From NCBI GenBank assembly GCA_030432875.1, contig JAUILP010000001.1, forward strand, positions 39,086-103,085: a stretch of 64,000 nt of DNA. The letters run 5' to 3'. Shown here piece after piece: positions 20,861-30,243 of this stretch (its first letter is position 1; the number at the start of each line of letters is the position of its first letter). The notes below the pieces were generated by a model, which was not told where the DNA came from, did no database searches, and saw only the letters and a program-made list of their open reading frames with translations. The stretch comes from Oligoflexia bacterium. GTDB lineage: Bacteria > Bdellovibrionota_B > Oligoflexia > Oligoflexales > JAGOVF01. A program made the position numbers and the translations under genes.

Positions 20861-22579
20861 TTAATTGTCCTCTACATGAAGTGCAATAATGACGACAATT
20901 TTTTTGTTTAGAATTTTCGCAAAATATTTTCGAACAAAAATACGCAGCCACTCAGCAAGTTCTGCTTCGCTCAAGGGAGATTTTGCTATTAAAAATTTGT
21001 CATTAAGGGATTTGGCGAGGCTGGTCTCAACTTTTTGTGCATAAGTTTTAAAGGTGGCCTCATCTAGAGGGAGACCCAAACTTTTCCACACCACCTGTTT
21101 GAGGAAAAATTTTTTCCCAACCTGACAAATTAGGGAACAAAAAATTCCTCCAAGTTCACCTAGTTTAAGGCGTTCTCGTAATTGAACTTTTGACATAGGC
21201 ATTCGCGATTCGCTGTCTAAAAATAGACTTTCATTAAATGCTTCAGGTGGTGGTACGTGGTGGATGCTTTTATTTTCTTTTAAAATTAAGAGCGCGTTGT
21301 TTTCAATGAGATGGCACGTAGTTTCTGATAGGTTGCTGCTCTGAATGAGATCAAAGTGGGTTTTTAAGTGAGTAAACGATCCATGGATGGGGACGTAGTT
21401 TTTTGCGTTTAACGTTTTAGCCAATGTTTGAATTTCGTCCGCATAAGCATGGCCACTGACATGGACATTCTTGTGGGTAAACGGGCTTATGACCTCTGCC
21501 CCATTTTTTTTCAAATTATTCATCATACGGAGAACTGATTTTTCATTTCCCGGAATCATGCGCGAAGAAAACACAAACAAGTCACTCGTCTTGACTTTAA
21601 TTCCTCCAAACTCGTTTTGAGCAAGTCTATAAAGTCCCGAAAGCCATTCTCCCTGACATCCAGAAACTAACAAAGCTACTTGATCATCAGCTAAAAAATC
21701 AACTTCATCTTGAGGGATAAAAACAGGGGAATTTAGAGACAACATGTCAAACTCAGCACCAAAATCAAGCGTCGATTTCATGCCTTGGCTTAGCACGCAG
21801 AGGCGTCTATTGCCTGCGGCGCAGGCCTGAACAATAGAATTTAGCCGCCAAAAATTGCTGGAAAATGTTGTGAAAAAAACGCGCCCCGAGTGACTCTTAA
21901 GTATCTGACTAAACTCAGCTATTAAAGATTTTTCACTGCCGCTACTTCCTTGGGAGCTCGCATTAGTACTGTCAACGAGCGCAAGGTCAATGCCCTGTTG
22001 GCTGAGTTCAGCAATGCGATTTAAATTTGCGAAAGGCTCTAGTTCTGACTGAGCGTCTAGTTTGAAGTCTCCGCTGTGGAAAACAGAGTGGTTACCCGCT
22101 TTAATATGCAATGCACAGGCCATAGGGATAGAGTGATTGACATGAATGTATTCGATAGAAAAAGGAGAAATATCAAGTGTGTCACCGGCCTGCACCAAAC
22201 GAATGTCATCAAGGAGGTATTCCATATTGAGATAGGCCACTTTCTTTTTCAGAAGAAGTGCTGTCCAGGGCGTCGCATATATTGGCGCGGGGTGCTCCTT
22301 ATAGAAAAAAGGTAACGCCCCAATATGATCCTCATGACCATGAGTTATAACGTAGGCTTCAATTTTCCCCACCTCAGCCAGGACATTTGAAATATCGGGA
22401 AAAAGCCCGTCTACCCCTAACAAATGGGGATCGGCAAATAGTATTCCTGCATCAACTATAATACTCTTGCTAGCATATTGATACAGGGTGCAGTTCATAC
22501 CAAACTCGCCACAGCCCCCGATGGGAAGACAAAGAAAATCGTTTGAGTCTAGGAAGCTTGAATATTTTTGTGCAAGCAT
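20861..22579 (-). CDS. rnj: Ribonuclease J
   Basis: GGCGEFGMN, THGHEDHIG, HSIP, SGDFK, DSTN, HVSGHA, PIHG. Confidence 0.92.
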   Translation of the reverse strand: MLAQKYSSFLDSNDFLCLPIGGCGEFGMNCTLYQYASKSIIVDAGILFADPHLLGVDGLFPDISNVLAEVGKIEAYVITHGHEDHIGALPFFYKEHPAPIYATPWTALLLKKKVAYLNMEYLLDDIRLVQAGDTLDISPFSIEYIHVNHSIPMACALHIKAGNHSVFHSGDFKLDAQSELEPFANLNRIAELSQQGIDLALVDSTNASSQGSSGSEKSLIAEFSQILKSHSGRVFFTTFSSNFWRLNSIVQACAAGNRRLCVLSQGMKSTLDFGAEFDMLSLNSPVFIPQDEVDFLADDQVALLVSGCQGEWLSGLYRLAQNEFGGIKVKTSDLFVFSSRMIPGNEKSVLRMMNNLKKNGAEVISPFTHKNVHVSGHAYADEIQTLAKTLNAKNYVPIHGSFTHLKTHFDLIQSSNLSETTCHLIENNALLILKENKSIHHVPPPEAFNESLFLDSESRMPMSKVQLRERLKLGELGGIFCSLICQVGKKFFLKQVVWKSLGLPLDEATFKTYAQKVETSLAKSLNDKFLIAKSPLSEAELAEWLRIFVRKYFAKILNKKIVVIIALHVEDN

Positions 22580-22661
22580 GAAAAGTTCCTTGTAAGGTTA
22601 TCACATATAGAAAATTTGCCATTGAGCATAAAATAAAGCAGTGTTTTTGCGGCCAAAGGCG

Positions 22662-24296
22662 TTATTTTTCGGGAGCAAAAATGAAGGTGTGTGTGAATAT
22701 TTTACCTAAATTATCTTTTGACGATCTATAAACGACTTGACTCAGCGCGCCCTCAATACAATGTTCCATTCCCGCATTATTAATTTCTGAAAGACCTAAA
22801 GCAAGGTTAAAAGGTTTTCCCGGTAGATCAATTTGCCAGTTCCAGACCATGGAACCCTTGGTCGTTGGCTGCCTTCTCACCGCTTTTTTGTAACAGGCCT
22901 GAATTTGAGGGAATACTTTTTTGAGTGAAGCTAAGTAGTCACCAGATAACTGGGCTGTTTTTAGCTTTTTACCCTCTTTTATCACCTGTTTCGTATTCTC
23001 AAAAGCCAGCAGCCGATCTTCTATGGCATAAATGTATTCTTCATTGAGGGGTGTTCCCTCAAAAGCAAACGTTGCCGAGAAATCACTCGTTGCCAGCATA
23101 ACGGGCGTTGGGCTAGGGATATTCTGCTTAATTAGGTTAAGCTGACGGCTCTTTGCGACAATGGCAAGTTTATCCAGTTCACTATACATACGTTCTTCAA
23201 GTGTTTGCTGGCTTTGGGCGGAAGCTTTATTCAAATACTCTAGTTGTTCTTTGGAAAACTTACTTTTTGATTCGGTTACGACAGATTTATAATCAGCTAG
23301 ATTATAGATTTCTCCTTCCCGAATGCTTTTTGTTAAGGCTTGACGTTCTACCAAGTTTGTTTTTAGGGCCTCTTGCACTTGAAGCCCCTTTTCCATGACG
23401 CGACGGATCGTGATCTCAATGCCCTCACCGACAACGGACGGTATAAAAATAAGGGCAGCTTTATTTCTTCGAGTCATGGTTTCATTTTGCGCGAGGCGAT
23501 TTTCTATAAAGGTATTTACAGAATTTTTGTAGTTTTTATTAAGTAAAGAAAATCGTTGAAGAGTGGTGGGAAATAGATAGTCACTGCTACGACTTGTCCC
23601 CAAATAAGCGCCAACGAGATCCATATTAAACTGGACAAGTTGTGGGAGAACGTTTTTGCGGGAGTATTTGAGCTGGAGAGCTTCAGGGGAAAGTGGAATC
23701 ATCTTGGGATCAACAAAGGGAAGCACGAGCTCTTGCTTTAGGTCAGAAAATTTTTGGGCGCGGAAGGTTTTTCTATACATGAGACCAAAAAATATCGAAC
23801 CGATGAGCGTAACAGCAGCTAAAGTCGCAAAAATCCAAGCATAAGTATTTTGAGAATTATCAGGTAAGGCAAAAAAACGGGTTAAATATTCATCCGTAAA
23901 TTGATCGGCCTCATGACTTTGTAAACGCTGCGGTTTAATGAGGTTAAATGCGAACGTTAAGTCTTTATATCTAAGTAGACCAAAATCATCGTGAGCAATG
24001 TCTAGGAATTTCTTTTTTTTACCCCCCGCAACCAATATATCATCTTTATGAGAGATTTGTCCTAACCAGGGAATATCAAAAAATAAACGCAAGTTTTTTT
24101 TCTTAACTTTTAGGAGTTTTATGTTTTTTTTCAGGCCCTGATAGCCGGGGATAGACAGAGCAGCTTTGCTCGAAACGCGAGCACTCAAAGAGATTAGACC
24201 AGTTTTATAAATAGGCCAGGCATAGTCGGATATAAGAACGCCATTTTGAAAAACAGCAATATTTAGTTGGTGTAAAGATTTTTTTTTGCTACTCAT
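22662..24296 (-). CDS. GltG/AgmX/PglI-like energy transducer (TonB-like C-terminal domain)
   Basis: Degenerate FHA-like N-terminal domain, one TM, helical periplasmic stalk, C-terminal IQACYKKAVRRQPTTKG...MEHCI. Confidence 0.75.
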   Translation of the reverse strand: MSSKKKSLHQLNIAVFQNGVLISDYAWPIYKTGLISLSARVSSKAALSIPGYQGLKKNIKLLKVKKKNLRLFFDIPWLGQISHKDDILVAGGKKKKFLDIAHDDFGLLRYKDLTFAFNLIKPQRLQSHEADQFTDEYLTRFFALPDNSQNTYAWIFATLAAVTLIGSIFFGLMYRKTFRAQKFSDLKQELVLPFVDPKMIPLSPEALQLKYSRKNVLPQLVQFNMDLVGAYLGTSRSSDYLFPTTLQRFSLLNKNYKNSVNTFIENRLAQNETMTRRNKAALIFIPSVVGEGIEITIRRVMEKGLQVQEALKTNLVERQALTKSIREGEIYNLADYKSVVTESKSKFSKEQLEYLNKASAQSQQTLEERMYSELDKLAIVAKSRQLNLIKQNIPSPTPVMLATSDFSATFAFEGTPLNEEYIYAIEDRLLAFENTKQVIKEGKKLKTAQLSGDYLASLKKVFPQIQACYKKAVRRQPTTKGSMVWNWQIDLPGKPFNLALGLSEINNAGMEHCIEGALSQVVYRSSKDNLGKIFTHTFIFAPEK

Positions 24297-24817
24297 GAAT
24301 TTTCTTTTAGTATAATCGTTTCGAAGGCATAACGCGTGATTTTCGCTTTGGCTAACGCCAACAATATAGGGCGAAAGTGGTAATAATTAAGCGCTTGATC
24401 TACCGCCAGAGTAACTTTCGTATGGTTAGCATTGAATTTTTGGCTCAGGGTCATATCCGTGGTGATTTCCAGGTTCCTTTTTTCAAGATATTTAACAAGT
24501 GGTGTTAAATCTTCTAAGGTAGCCGATACCAGGGGCAATTCAAATTTTATTTTATCATCGGTAGAAATGATTAATTTATCTTCTTTTGGAAAAATAGCGA
24601 GCCAGATGAGACCAGATTTTTGTTGAGGCGAACTTAGAGAAATAATGTCCGCTTGCAGCCCTAAGTGGTGATTGGTTGATGTTGATACAAAATTGAGAAG
24701 TAGCATGATAAGTATGGCTGTAATGATTCCTGGTAGTGGAAAAACATTAACATCGACTTTTAGGCGTTCTTTGGCATCTCTCAAACTAGATTCCAAGGAA
24801 AGGTTTTCCGTTGCCAT
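24293..24817 (-). CDS. ExbD/TolR family protein (AglS-like)
   Basis: DVNVFPL plus TM; C-terminal VTLAVDQALNY...ILLALAKA; TGATG overlap with upstream gene. Confidence 0.7.
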   Translation of the reverse strand: MATENLSLESSLRDAKERLKVDVNVFPLPGIITAILIMLLLNFVSTSTNHHLGLQADIISLSSPQQKSGLIWLAIFPKEDKLIISTDDKIKFELPLVSATLEDLTPLVKYLEKRNLEITTDMTLSQKFNANHTKVTLAVDQALNYYHFRPILLALAKAKITRYAFETIILKENS

Positions 24818-25350
24818 CAAAGAGTGCCTCCAGCTAAAACCACATGAGAAAATAAATGCGATGATTTTATAAAATTGATGACCTGAATGACGATAGGCAT
24901 CGGAAGAGCGCTTGTCGGATATACTACGAGGACCTCGTCGAGTGATTCTCGTCCATTAGCACGAGAAGACTTTACCTTATATTTTTCAAGTCCATTTTTC
25001 AAATTGCCCAAATCAGGCTCGCCATCGACGTGTCTAATAATTTCGACATTTTCCTCATAACGATCAGCATTTGTCAGGGCGTCTAAATTACTGAGGAGGA
25101 ATGACTTTTCCGTCAACACCAAAATTGCCGTGAGGCTATCGATTAGGTGAGATGAGCTTGAAGAAGCCGTAATCTTCAAAGTGGGATCTTCAAATTGTAC
25201 TTGAGCGATGGGGATGTCAAGTGAGACCTCGCCAAAATTTCTGGAAATAGTCACGGAATAAAGACAAAGACCTAAAGTAATTAGCAGGCCGGTGATGCTT
25301 AAAATAATCGCAAAAGTAGACCACCGATAATCAGATAATTTCTTCTTCAT
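24817..25350 (-). CDS. ExbD/TolR family protein (AglQ-like)
   Basis: N-terminal TM, IRHVDGEPDLGNL, VVYPTSALPMPIVIQVI...LFSHVVL; ATG 25350 preferred over the 25509 ORF start. Confidence 0.65.
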   Translation of the reverse strand: MKKKLSDYRWSTFAIILSITGLLITLGLCLYSVTISRNFGEVSLDIPIAQVQFEDPTLKITASSSSSHLIDSLTAILVLTEKSFLLSNLDALTNADRYEENVEIIRHVDGEPDLGNLKNGLEKYKVKSSRANGRESLDEVLVVYPTSALPMPIVIQVINFIKSSHLFSHVVLAGGTL

Positions 25351-26113
25351 CTTTGATATCTTCAACTTCAGAACTGTCGAATGCGTCATCACCAGAAGTC
25401 TCCTCAAAGGCGCTCTCACCGACCTCTTGGTTCGCTCCTGCTCCTGCGTTAAAGGGAGCAGGAGCCATAGGTGCAAAAGCGGCCATGGGTTGGTTTGGAA
25501 CCAAGACATTAGTTAAAACAGTAATGCCATAATGGATTTTTTCAGTAAGCTCAAGCGCTTTGGATTTCAAATATTGATGCAAAAAAAGTACAAACATACA
25601 CATAAAAAGGCCAATAGCTGTGGGGTTGAGGGAGCCTGAAATACCATGAGCAATCGTTGCTTGTTTTTTAAAAGTGTCCAAAACGTCAACGGAATTAAAG
25701 GTAGTCCACAGGCCATCAATGGTGCCGAGTATCCCTAGAAAAAGCATAGCGGTGGCGACGGCAGGGAGAGCCATAAGACGTGATTCTATTCGAGGTAAAA
25801 AATCGAGCGTTTCTTCTTCAATAACTCCCTTGATAGAATTAATATCACGACTTGCCGCGTCAATAGCCTTGAGGGTGATTTGAGGAAACGAAGTTTTGGA
25901 AGCAGACTTACATATAGCTTTTGCGCGATCAAAATCCTCTGCTGATAAAGCTTTGCGAACATTCGTAATGAATTTTTTAAAGTTAAGATTATAGGCGTAG
26001 TTCAGCATAATAAAACGCTCAACGACAATGAGCGTTGCGAAAAACGACAACAAAAGCATCGCATGTATATAGACATTACCTTGCTGGAGGCTGATGGCGA
26101 CTTCATTCCACAT
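25331..26113 (-). CDS. MotA/TolQ/ExbB proton-channel protein (AglR-like)
   Basis: Three TMs, IVVER, LGILGT, GIS..L..TAIGL; acidic C-terminal tail. Confidence 0.88.
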   Translation of the reverse strand: MWNEVAISLQQGNVYIHAMLLLSFFATLIVVERFIMLNYAYNLNFKKFITNVRKALSAEDFDRAKAICKSASKTSFPQITLKAIDAASRDINSIKGVIEEETLDFLPRIESRLMALPAVATAMLFLGILGTIDGLWTTFNSVDVLDTFKKQATIAHGISGSLNPTAIGLFMCMFVLFLHQYLKSKALELTEKIHYGITVLTNVLVPNQPMAAFAPMAPAPFNAGAGANQEVGESAFEETSGDDAFDSSEVEDIKDEEEII

Positions 26114-26284
26114 AATGTTTATCCTGTGATATTAGATGTATATGAGCTTATTGTAGCAGTTTTCCTGGTGGAAGTAGGCACTTGGCGGTGTGGTAGGTTT
26201 TGGGTTAAAAGTAAAAATTAGGAAAAAAATACACGTAATTAACATGATGGCGTTTTGGAAACTGGGGGGGGGCGGGTTAGGTAT

Positions 26285-27829
26285 CTATTTAACCAGAAGA
26301 GAATTTTCTTCTGGATCACGGTTTTGGGTGTTGGTTTTAATATTAATAAGGCCGTTATTATAGGCTTTTACGAACGCCGAAATAAGCTCAGGATCAAATA
26401 GATCATTGTCTTTGCTCAGGCTGTCAATAGCGTCACCAGCGTCTAAAAATCCTGAATATGCTCTACCAGAAATCATCGCATCAAAGGCGTCGGCTATGCC
26501 AATAATGCGAGCAAAAAATGGTATGTCTTCACCAACCAGGCCCTCTGGATAGCCAGTACCATCCCACTTCTCATGGTGGTACTTAACTCCTGATATAAAA
26601 CGTTCTGAGTTGGGGAGATGGCCAATAATGTCTGCGCCCATTGTTGGATGAAGTTTCATTTCTTCGTACTCATCAGCATTTAGGGTGGATGCCTTTTTTA
26701 AAATGGAATCATGTATACCTATTTTTCCGATGTCATGGCACAGAGCGCTGGCTAGCAAGTTTTTTCTGGTTTTTTGATCAAGCCGCATTTGTTCGGCAAT
26801 AGCCATAGAGTACTTCGCTACGCGCTCAGAATGGCCGTGTGTATAGGCATCTTTGGCTTCAATTGTTGCGACCAAAGTGTCGAGCATGCCAACGACAAAA
26901 CCATCTAAGGCATCTCGAAGTATAATAGCTTCAAAAACGCTAGCAGCGGCATTTATAAGATACTGGCAGCGGTGAGCATCAATTTCAGCGATGGGCTGGG
27001 AAGGGAGATCTGACTCGATATGTAGAAGACAAATGGGATCGTTATTATAGAGCATGGGGAGGATTAAACGACTGCGCCCCGATTGGGTGACATTTACCGC
27101 TTCGGCTCCAAGAATGATGCCTTGCTTGCGGTTTAGGACATCCTCAATTGAGCGCTTACTGAGGATAAAATGTTTTTTGGGTTCTAAAAACTGTCGCGCC
27201 ATTTTCGGTATGAGTTTATTGTCTCGTCCTTTCCAAATGAAAATAGCGATGCGAGACATTGAAGGCAGTAAAAGGTGCAGGCTTTTAAACAGAATGTTAG
27301 CGCATTCATTAAAGTCAAAGCTAACTCCTAGATCAGCAAGCATATTGAAAGTAGTCTTTTGAGTCTGGGTATCTTCGGCGTGTTCCGTAAAAACAGAGGA
27401 AGTGGCGACGCGTTTTTTATTGGGGTTTTTTCGCAAAGAAGCTTGAGGATTGACTTTCATTGGTCCTGCGATACCGAGTTCCTCGGCCACGACCATGTTA
27501 AAACTATCTATATCATCTATCAGACGAATATCTTCTCGTGGTGATAGAAAGGTCATTTCTTGATCGCCAATAATAATGCGATCGCCATTTTTTAAAATGG
27601 CGTTGAGTATTTTATCTCCATTTAAATAGGTGCCATTTTTGGATTCTAGGTCTTGAAGAATATAAAGGCGCCCTCTTTTTTTTATGATCGCGTGATGCCG
27701 TGAAACTCCTGATCCCTCTAATTGAGTGATGCATTGGGCGTCCCTACCCAATAGTGCGGGAAAAGAAGAGATGGGCACTCTTTTTTCGCGTTTGCCAGTG
27801 CATTTGAAAATAAGTATACAGGCCATCAC
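26285..27829 (-). CDS. FHA-(GAF-like)-HD-GYP cyclic-dinucleotide phosphodiesterase
   Basis: FHA (GR...SRHHA...DLESKNGTYLNG); HSERV, HDIGK, HHEKWDGTGYP, IADAFDAM. Confidence 0.92.
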   Translation of the reverse strand: MMACILIFKCTGKREKRVPISSFPALLGRDAQCITQLEGSGVSRHHAIIKKRGRLYILQDLESKNGTYLNGDKILNAILKNGDRIIIGDQEMTFLSPREDIRLIDDIDSFNMVVAEELGIAGPMKVNPQASLRKNPNKKRVATSSVFTEHAEDTQTQKTTFNMLADLGVSFDFNECANILFKSLHLLLPSMSRIAIFIWKGRDNKLIPKMARQFLEPKKHFILSKRSIEDVLNRKQGIILGAEAVNVTQSGRSRLILPMLYNNDPICLLHIESDLPSQPIAEIDAHRCQYLINAAASVFEAIILRDALDGFVVGMLDTLVATIEAKDAYTHGHSERVAKYSMAIAEQMRLDQKTRKNLLASALCHDIGKIGIHDSILKKASTLNADEYEEMKLHPTMGADIIGHLPNSERFISGVKYHHEKWDGTGYPEGLVGEDIPFFARIIGIADAFDAMISGRAYSGFLDAGDAIDSLSKDNDLFDPELISAFVKAYNNGLINIKTNTQNRDPEENSLLVK

Positions 27830-27883
27830 AATACCTTAAAAAATATTATGCTTGGGTATCGGACGATCTCGCCAAAATAATAG

Positions 27884-27910
27884 TTTAGTTTTTCCAAAGT
27901 TGGACGATAA
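27884..27910 (+). promoter_or_regulatory. Sigma28-like promoter
   Basis: TTTAG-N14-GACGATAA, about 75 nt upstream of the 27986 CDS. Confidence 0.45.
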
Positions 27911-27985
27911 GAGTGATGTAGAAGGGGTCAATTAAGAGAAAAGAGCTGTAATAATATGCAAGTATAGGTTAAAAGGGGGGGGAGA

Positions 27986-28453
27986 TTGAAGTTTAAACAG
28001 ATATTCGCCGTTATCGCCTATTTTTTGCTGTCAAGTGTTTTAATGGCCGAGGCCTTACCGCCTCTTGGGCAGCGAATATATCTGATGGCACCAAATCCCT
28101 CCGTCCCTGCAAAAATTATTCAAGAAAATAAGCTCGACGTGAACGTAAAAAACTTAGGGGCATTCCTTAAAGATCCCGGTTTTCCTAACGGGAAGAGTGA
28201 GCAGAACGGGGTAGAGACGAAGGATCAGATTCTGGTGCGTCGTCTAAAAAAAATAGCGCCTGAATCAAAGAAAGTAACCAGGAGTTCTGTAAAAACGTCC
28301 ATCGCCACCGGTGAATCATATTTTACAGCTAAAGCTAAATTTCCTCGCGCCCAACTGAAAACGGAAAGAGTTGTTTCTCATATTCAAGACGCGCCGATTC
28401 AGATAAACTATGAGGAACGGGCTCGATCGAGCGAGACCCAACTTTTAAAATAA
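27986..28453 (+). CDS. Hypothetical exported protein
   Basis: TTG after GGGGGAG RBS; signal peptide MKFKQIFAVIAYFLLSSVLMA. Confidence 0.7.
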   Translation: MKFKQIFAVIAYFLLSSVLMAEALPPLGQRIYLMAPNPSVPAKIIQENKLDVNVKNLGAFLKDPGFPNGKSEQNGVETKDQILVRRLKKIAPESKKVTRSSVKTSIATGESYFTAKAKFPRAQLKTERVVSHIQDAPIQINYEERARSSETQLLK

Positions 28454-28593
28454 AAGAATGGGTTTCAGCGCTGGATTGGTTTCCAGTTTTTAATTGCAAC
28501 ATGCCTGTCTTTTGGGTGATATTAATAAACCTAACAGCAATTGACTGGCTGGTCAAATGATTTTCATCAAATTTTAATAATTAGGTTCATTTT

Positions 28594-29184
28594 TTGGATT
28601 TGCTTAAGCATTTACAACAAATTGATGTTTTTTTCTTCCATCAGATCAATGGCCTGATATTCGGTGAAAAGCTTATTACGCCATTTATGGTTTTTATGTC
28701 CTCTAGTTTCTTTTGGGCCGCTATTGGCTTTGTCGCAACCGGATGGGCCTTTAGACAGAAATTAGCGACCAGCAAAATAAGCATATTTTGGGCGCTGGTG
28801 ACGCTAGGCGTTTCAGATATGGTGACGTACCGGATATTAAAGCCTTTTTTTTCTAGGGACCGACCGTGTTATCATCTTGCTGAAGCTGTTCTAAGGGCAG
28901 ACGCTTGTGGTGGCCAAATGGGCTTTCCGTCGAATCATGCCGCAAATGCCATGGCCGTTACGCTAGCGCTACTTCTATTCTTCTCGGCTTCTCGAAAATA
29001 CTATATTTTATTGTTTGTGCCACTTTTAATTGGAATTTCACGCATTTATTTGGGAGTTCATTATCCCTTTGATGTGCTGGCAGGTTTTGTTGTCGGGGCG
29101 GTCATTGCGTTTATTATTTATTTTTTTGTTTCAACACGGGTAATAGATAGACGCAAAGATCCGGCAAAAGGCTTTCGAAGATAG
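28594..29184 (+). CDS. PAP2 family membrane phosphatase
   Basis: KxxxxRDRP, FPSNH, SRIYLGVHYPFDV. Confidence 0.93.
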   Translation: MDLLKHLQQIDVFFFHQINGLIFGEKLITPFMVFMSSSFFWAAIGFVATGWAFRQKLATSKISIFWALVTLGVSDMVTYRILKPFFSRDRPCYHLAEAVLRADACGGQMGFPSNHAANAMAVTLALLLFFSASRKYYILLFVPLLIGISRIYLGVHYPFDVLAGFVVGAVIAFIIYFFVSTRVIDRRKDPAKGFRR

Positions 29185-29305
29185 GAATATACCTCAAGAG
29201 GGGGATAGGGGTGAAATTTGTGGATGACGAATAGTTTTACTTGCCAAGTTACTATTAATCAGGCCATAAATAAAAGGTCGTTAATTATTATTTGGAGGAA
29301 AAGAA

Positions 29306-29551
29306 ATGTCGGCTCCCGTTGAAGAGAGAGTTAAGCAGATAGTTGTTAATCAGCTTGGTGTCGAAGAGTCTGCTGTCCTTGGTAAGGCTAAATTTATTGA
29401 AGATTTAGGGGCAGACTCCCTAGATATCGTTGAATTAGTTATGGCGATGGAAGAGGCTTTTGGCGTAGATATTCCTGATGATGAAGCAGAAAACCTGCGT
29501 TCTGTCGATGACGCCGTGAATTATATAAAAAAAATTCAAGATGTAAATTAA
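29306..29551 (+). CDS. acpP: Acyl carrier protein
   Basis: [18 protein letters not shown]; GGAGG RBS. Confidence 0.97.
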   Translation: MSAPVEERVKQIVVNQLGVEESAVLGKAKFIEDLGADSLDIVELVMAMEEAFGVDIPDDEAENLRSVDDAVNYIKKIQDVN

Positions 29552-29591
29552 CTCAGGCCTGAGAGAAAAGTCTTTCGGTAACCGATTAAAA

Positions 29592-29625
29592 TTGGTATTT
29601 CCACGAGAAATACCAAGCATTTTTT
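29592..29625 (+). terminator. Probable intrinsic terminator after acpP
   Basis: TTGGTATTTC-cacga-GAAATACCAA 10-bp stem followed by GCATTTTTT. Confidence 0.55.
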
Positions 29626-29726
29626 GGGGGCTTGGTAGTTTAATAAACTTTATAACCTTTTTTGTGAGAGCAAAAAGGGTGTTTTGTCATTTCCTGTGAC
29701 CTCTTGATGATAAATTTAGGTAAAAA

Positions 29727-30182
29727 ATGAAGCAAATCATAAGCATATCTTCTGATCACGCGGGTTTTGATCTCAAGTTAGAGGTTAAAAACCATCTTTT
29801 GCATCAAAAAATAGAGGTCATCGATCATGGGCCTGAAGCAAATTTTTCTGGATCAATAGATTATCCGGTGGCAGCACGCAAAGTAGCGGAGGATATTCAA
29901 AAGGGAAATTCACAAAGAGGTATATTAATTTGTGGTTCAGGTATTGGCATGAGCATAGCGGCAAATAAATTTAACGGGATTAGAAGTGCCGCTATCTGGG
30001 ATGAGCTCAGCGCTAAACTTTGTAAAGCTCATAACAATGTAAATGTTTTGTGTCTTGGGGCTCGAATGCTTAATCATAAGCGCTGCCTTGAACTGATAAA
30101 TATTTGGTTGACGACCGAGTTCGAGGGCGGTAGGCATCAGGCTCGGTTAGACTTAATTACGCAGAGTGAACATAAAGATTAA
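29727..30182 (+). CDS. rpiB: Ribose-5-phosphate isomerase B
   Basis: SDHAG, DYP, CGSGIGMSIAANK, HNN, FEGGRH. Confidence 0.96.
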   Translation: MKQIISISSDHAGFDLKLEVKNHLLHQKIEVIDHGPEANFSGSIDYPVAARKVAEDIQKGNSQRGILICGSGIGMSIAANKFNGIRSAAIWDELSAKLCKAHNNVNVLCLGARMLNHKRCLELINIWLTTEFEGGRHQARLDLITQSEHKD

Positions 30183-30243
30183 GCGGATTTTTTCTTCTTC
30201 ATCGCTCTATTTATTTCTACCCAGTTAAAAAAAGGGAATTTTT

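Noticed and set aside
20856-20951. Cys-rich N-terminal extension of the 235-aa ORF (looks like a zinc finger)
   Set aside because: It is an alternate-frame read of the rnj 3' end; the likely start is ATG 20855.
25351-25509. Extended start of the AglQ-like ORF
   Set aside because: Overlaps the ExbB-like tail; ATG 25350 places the TM at the normal N-terminal position.
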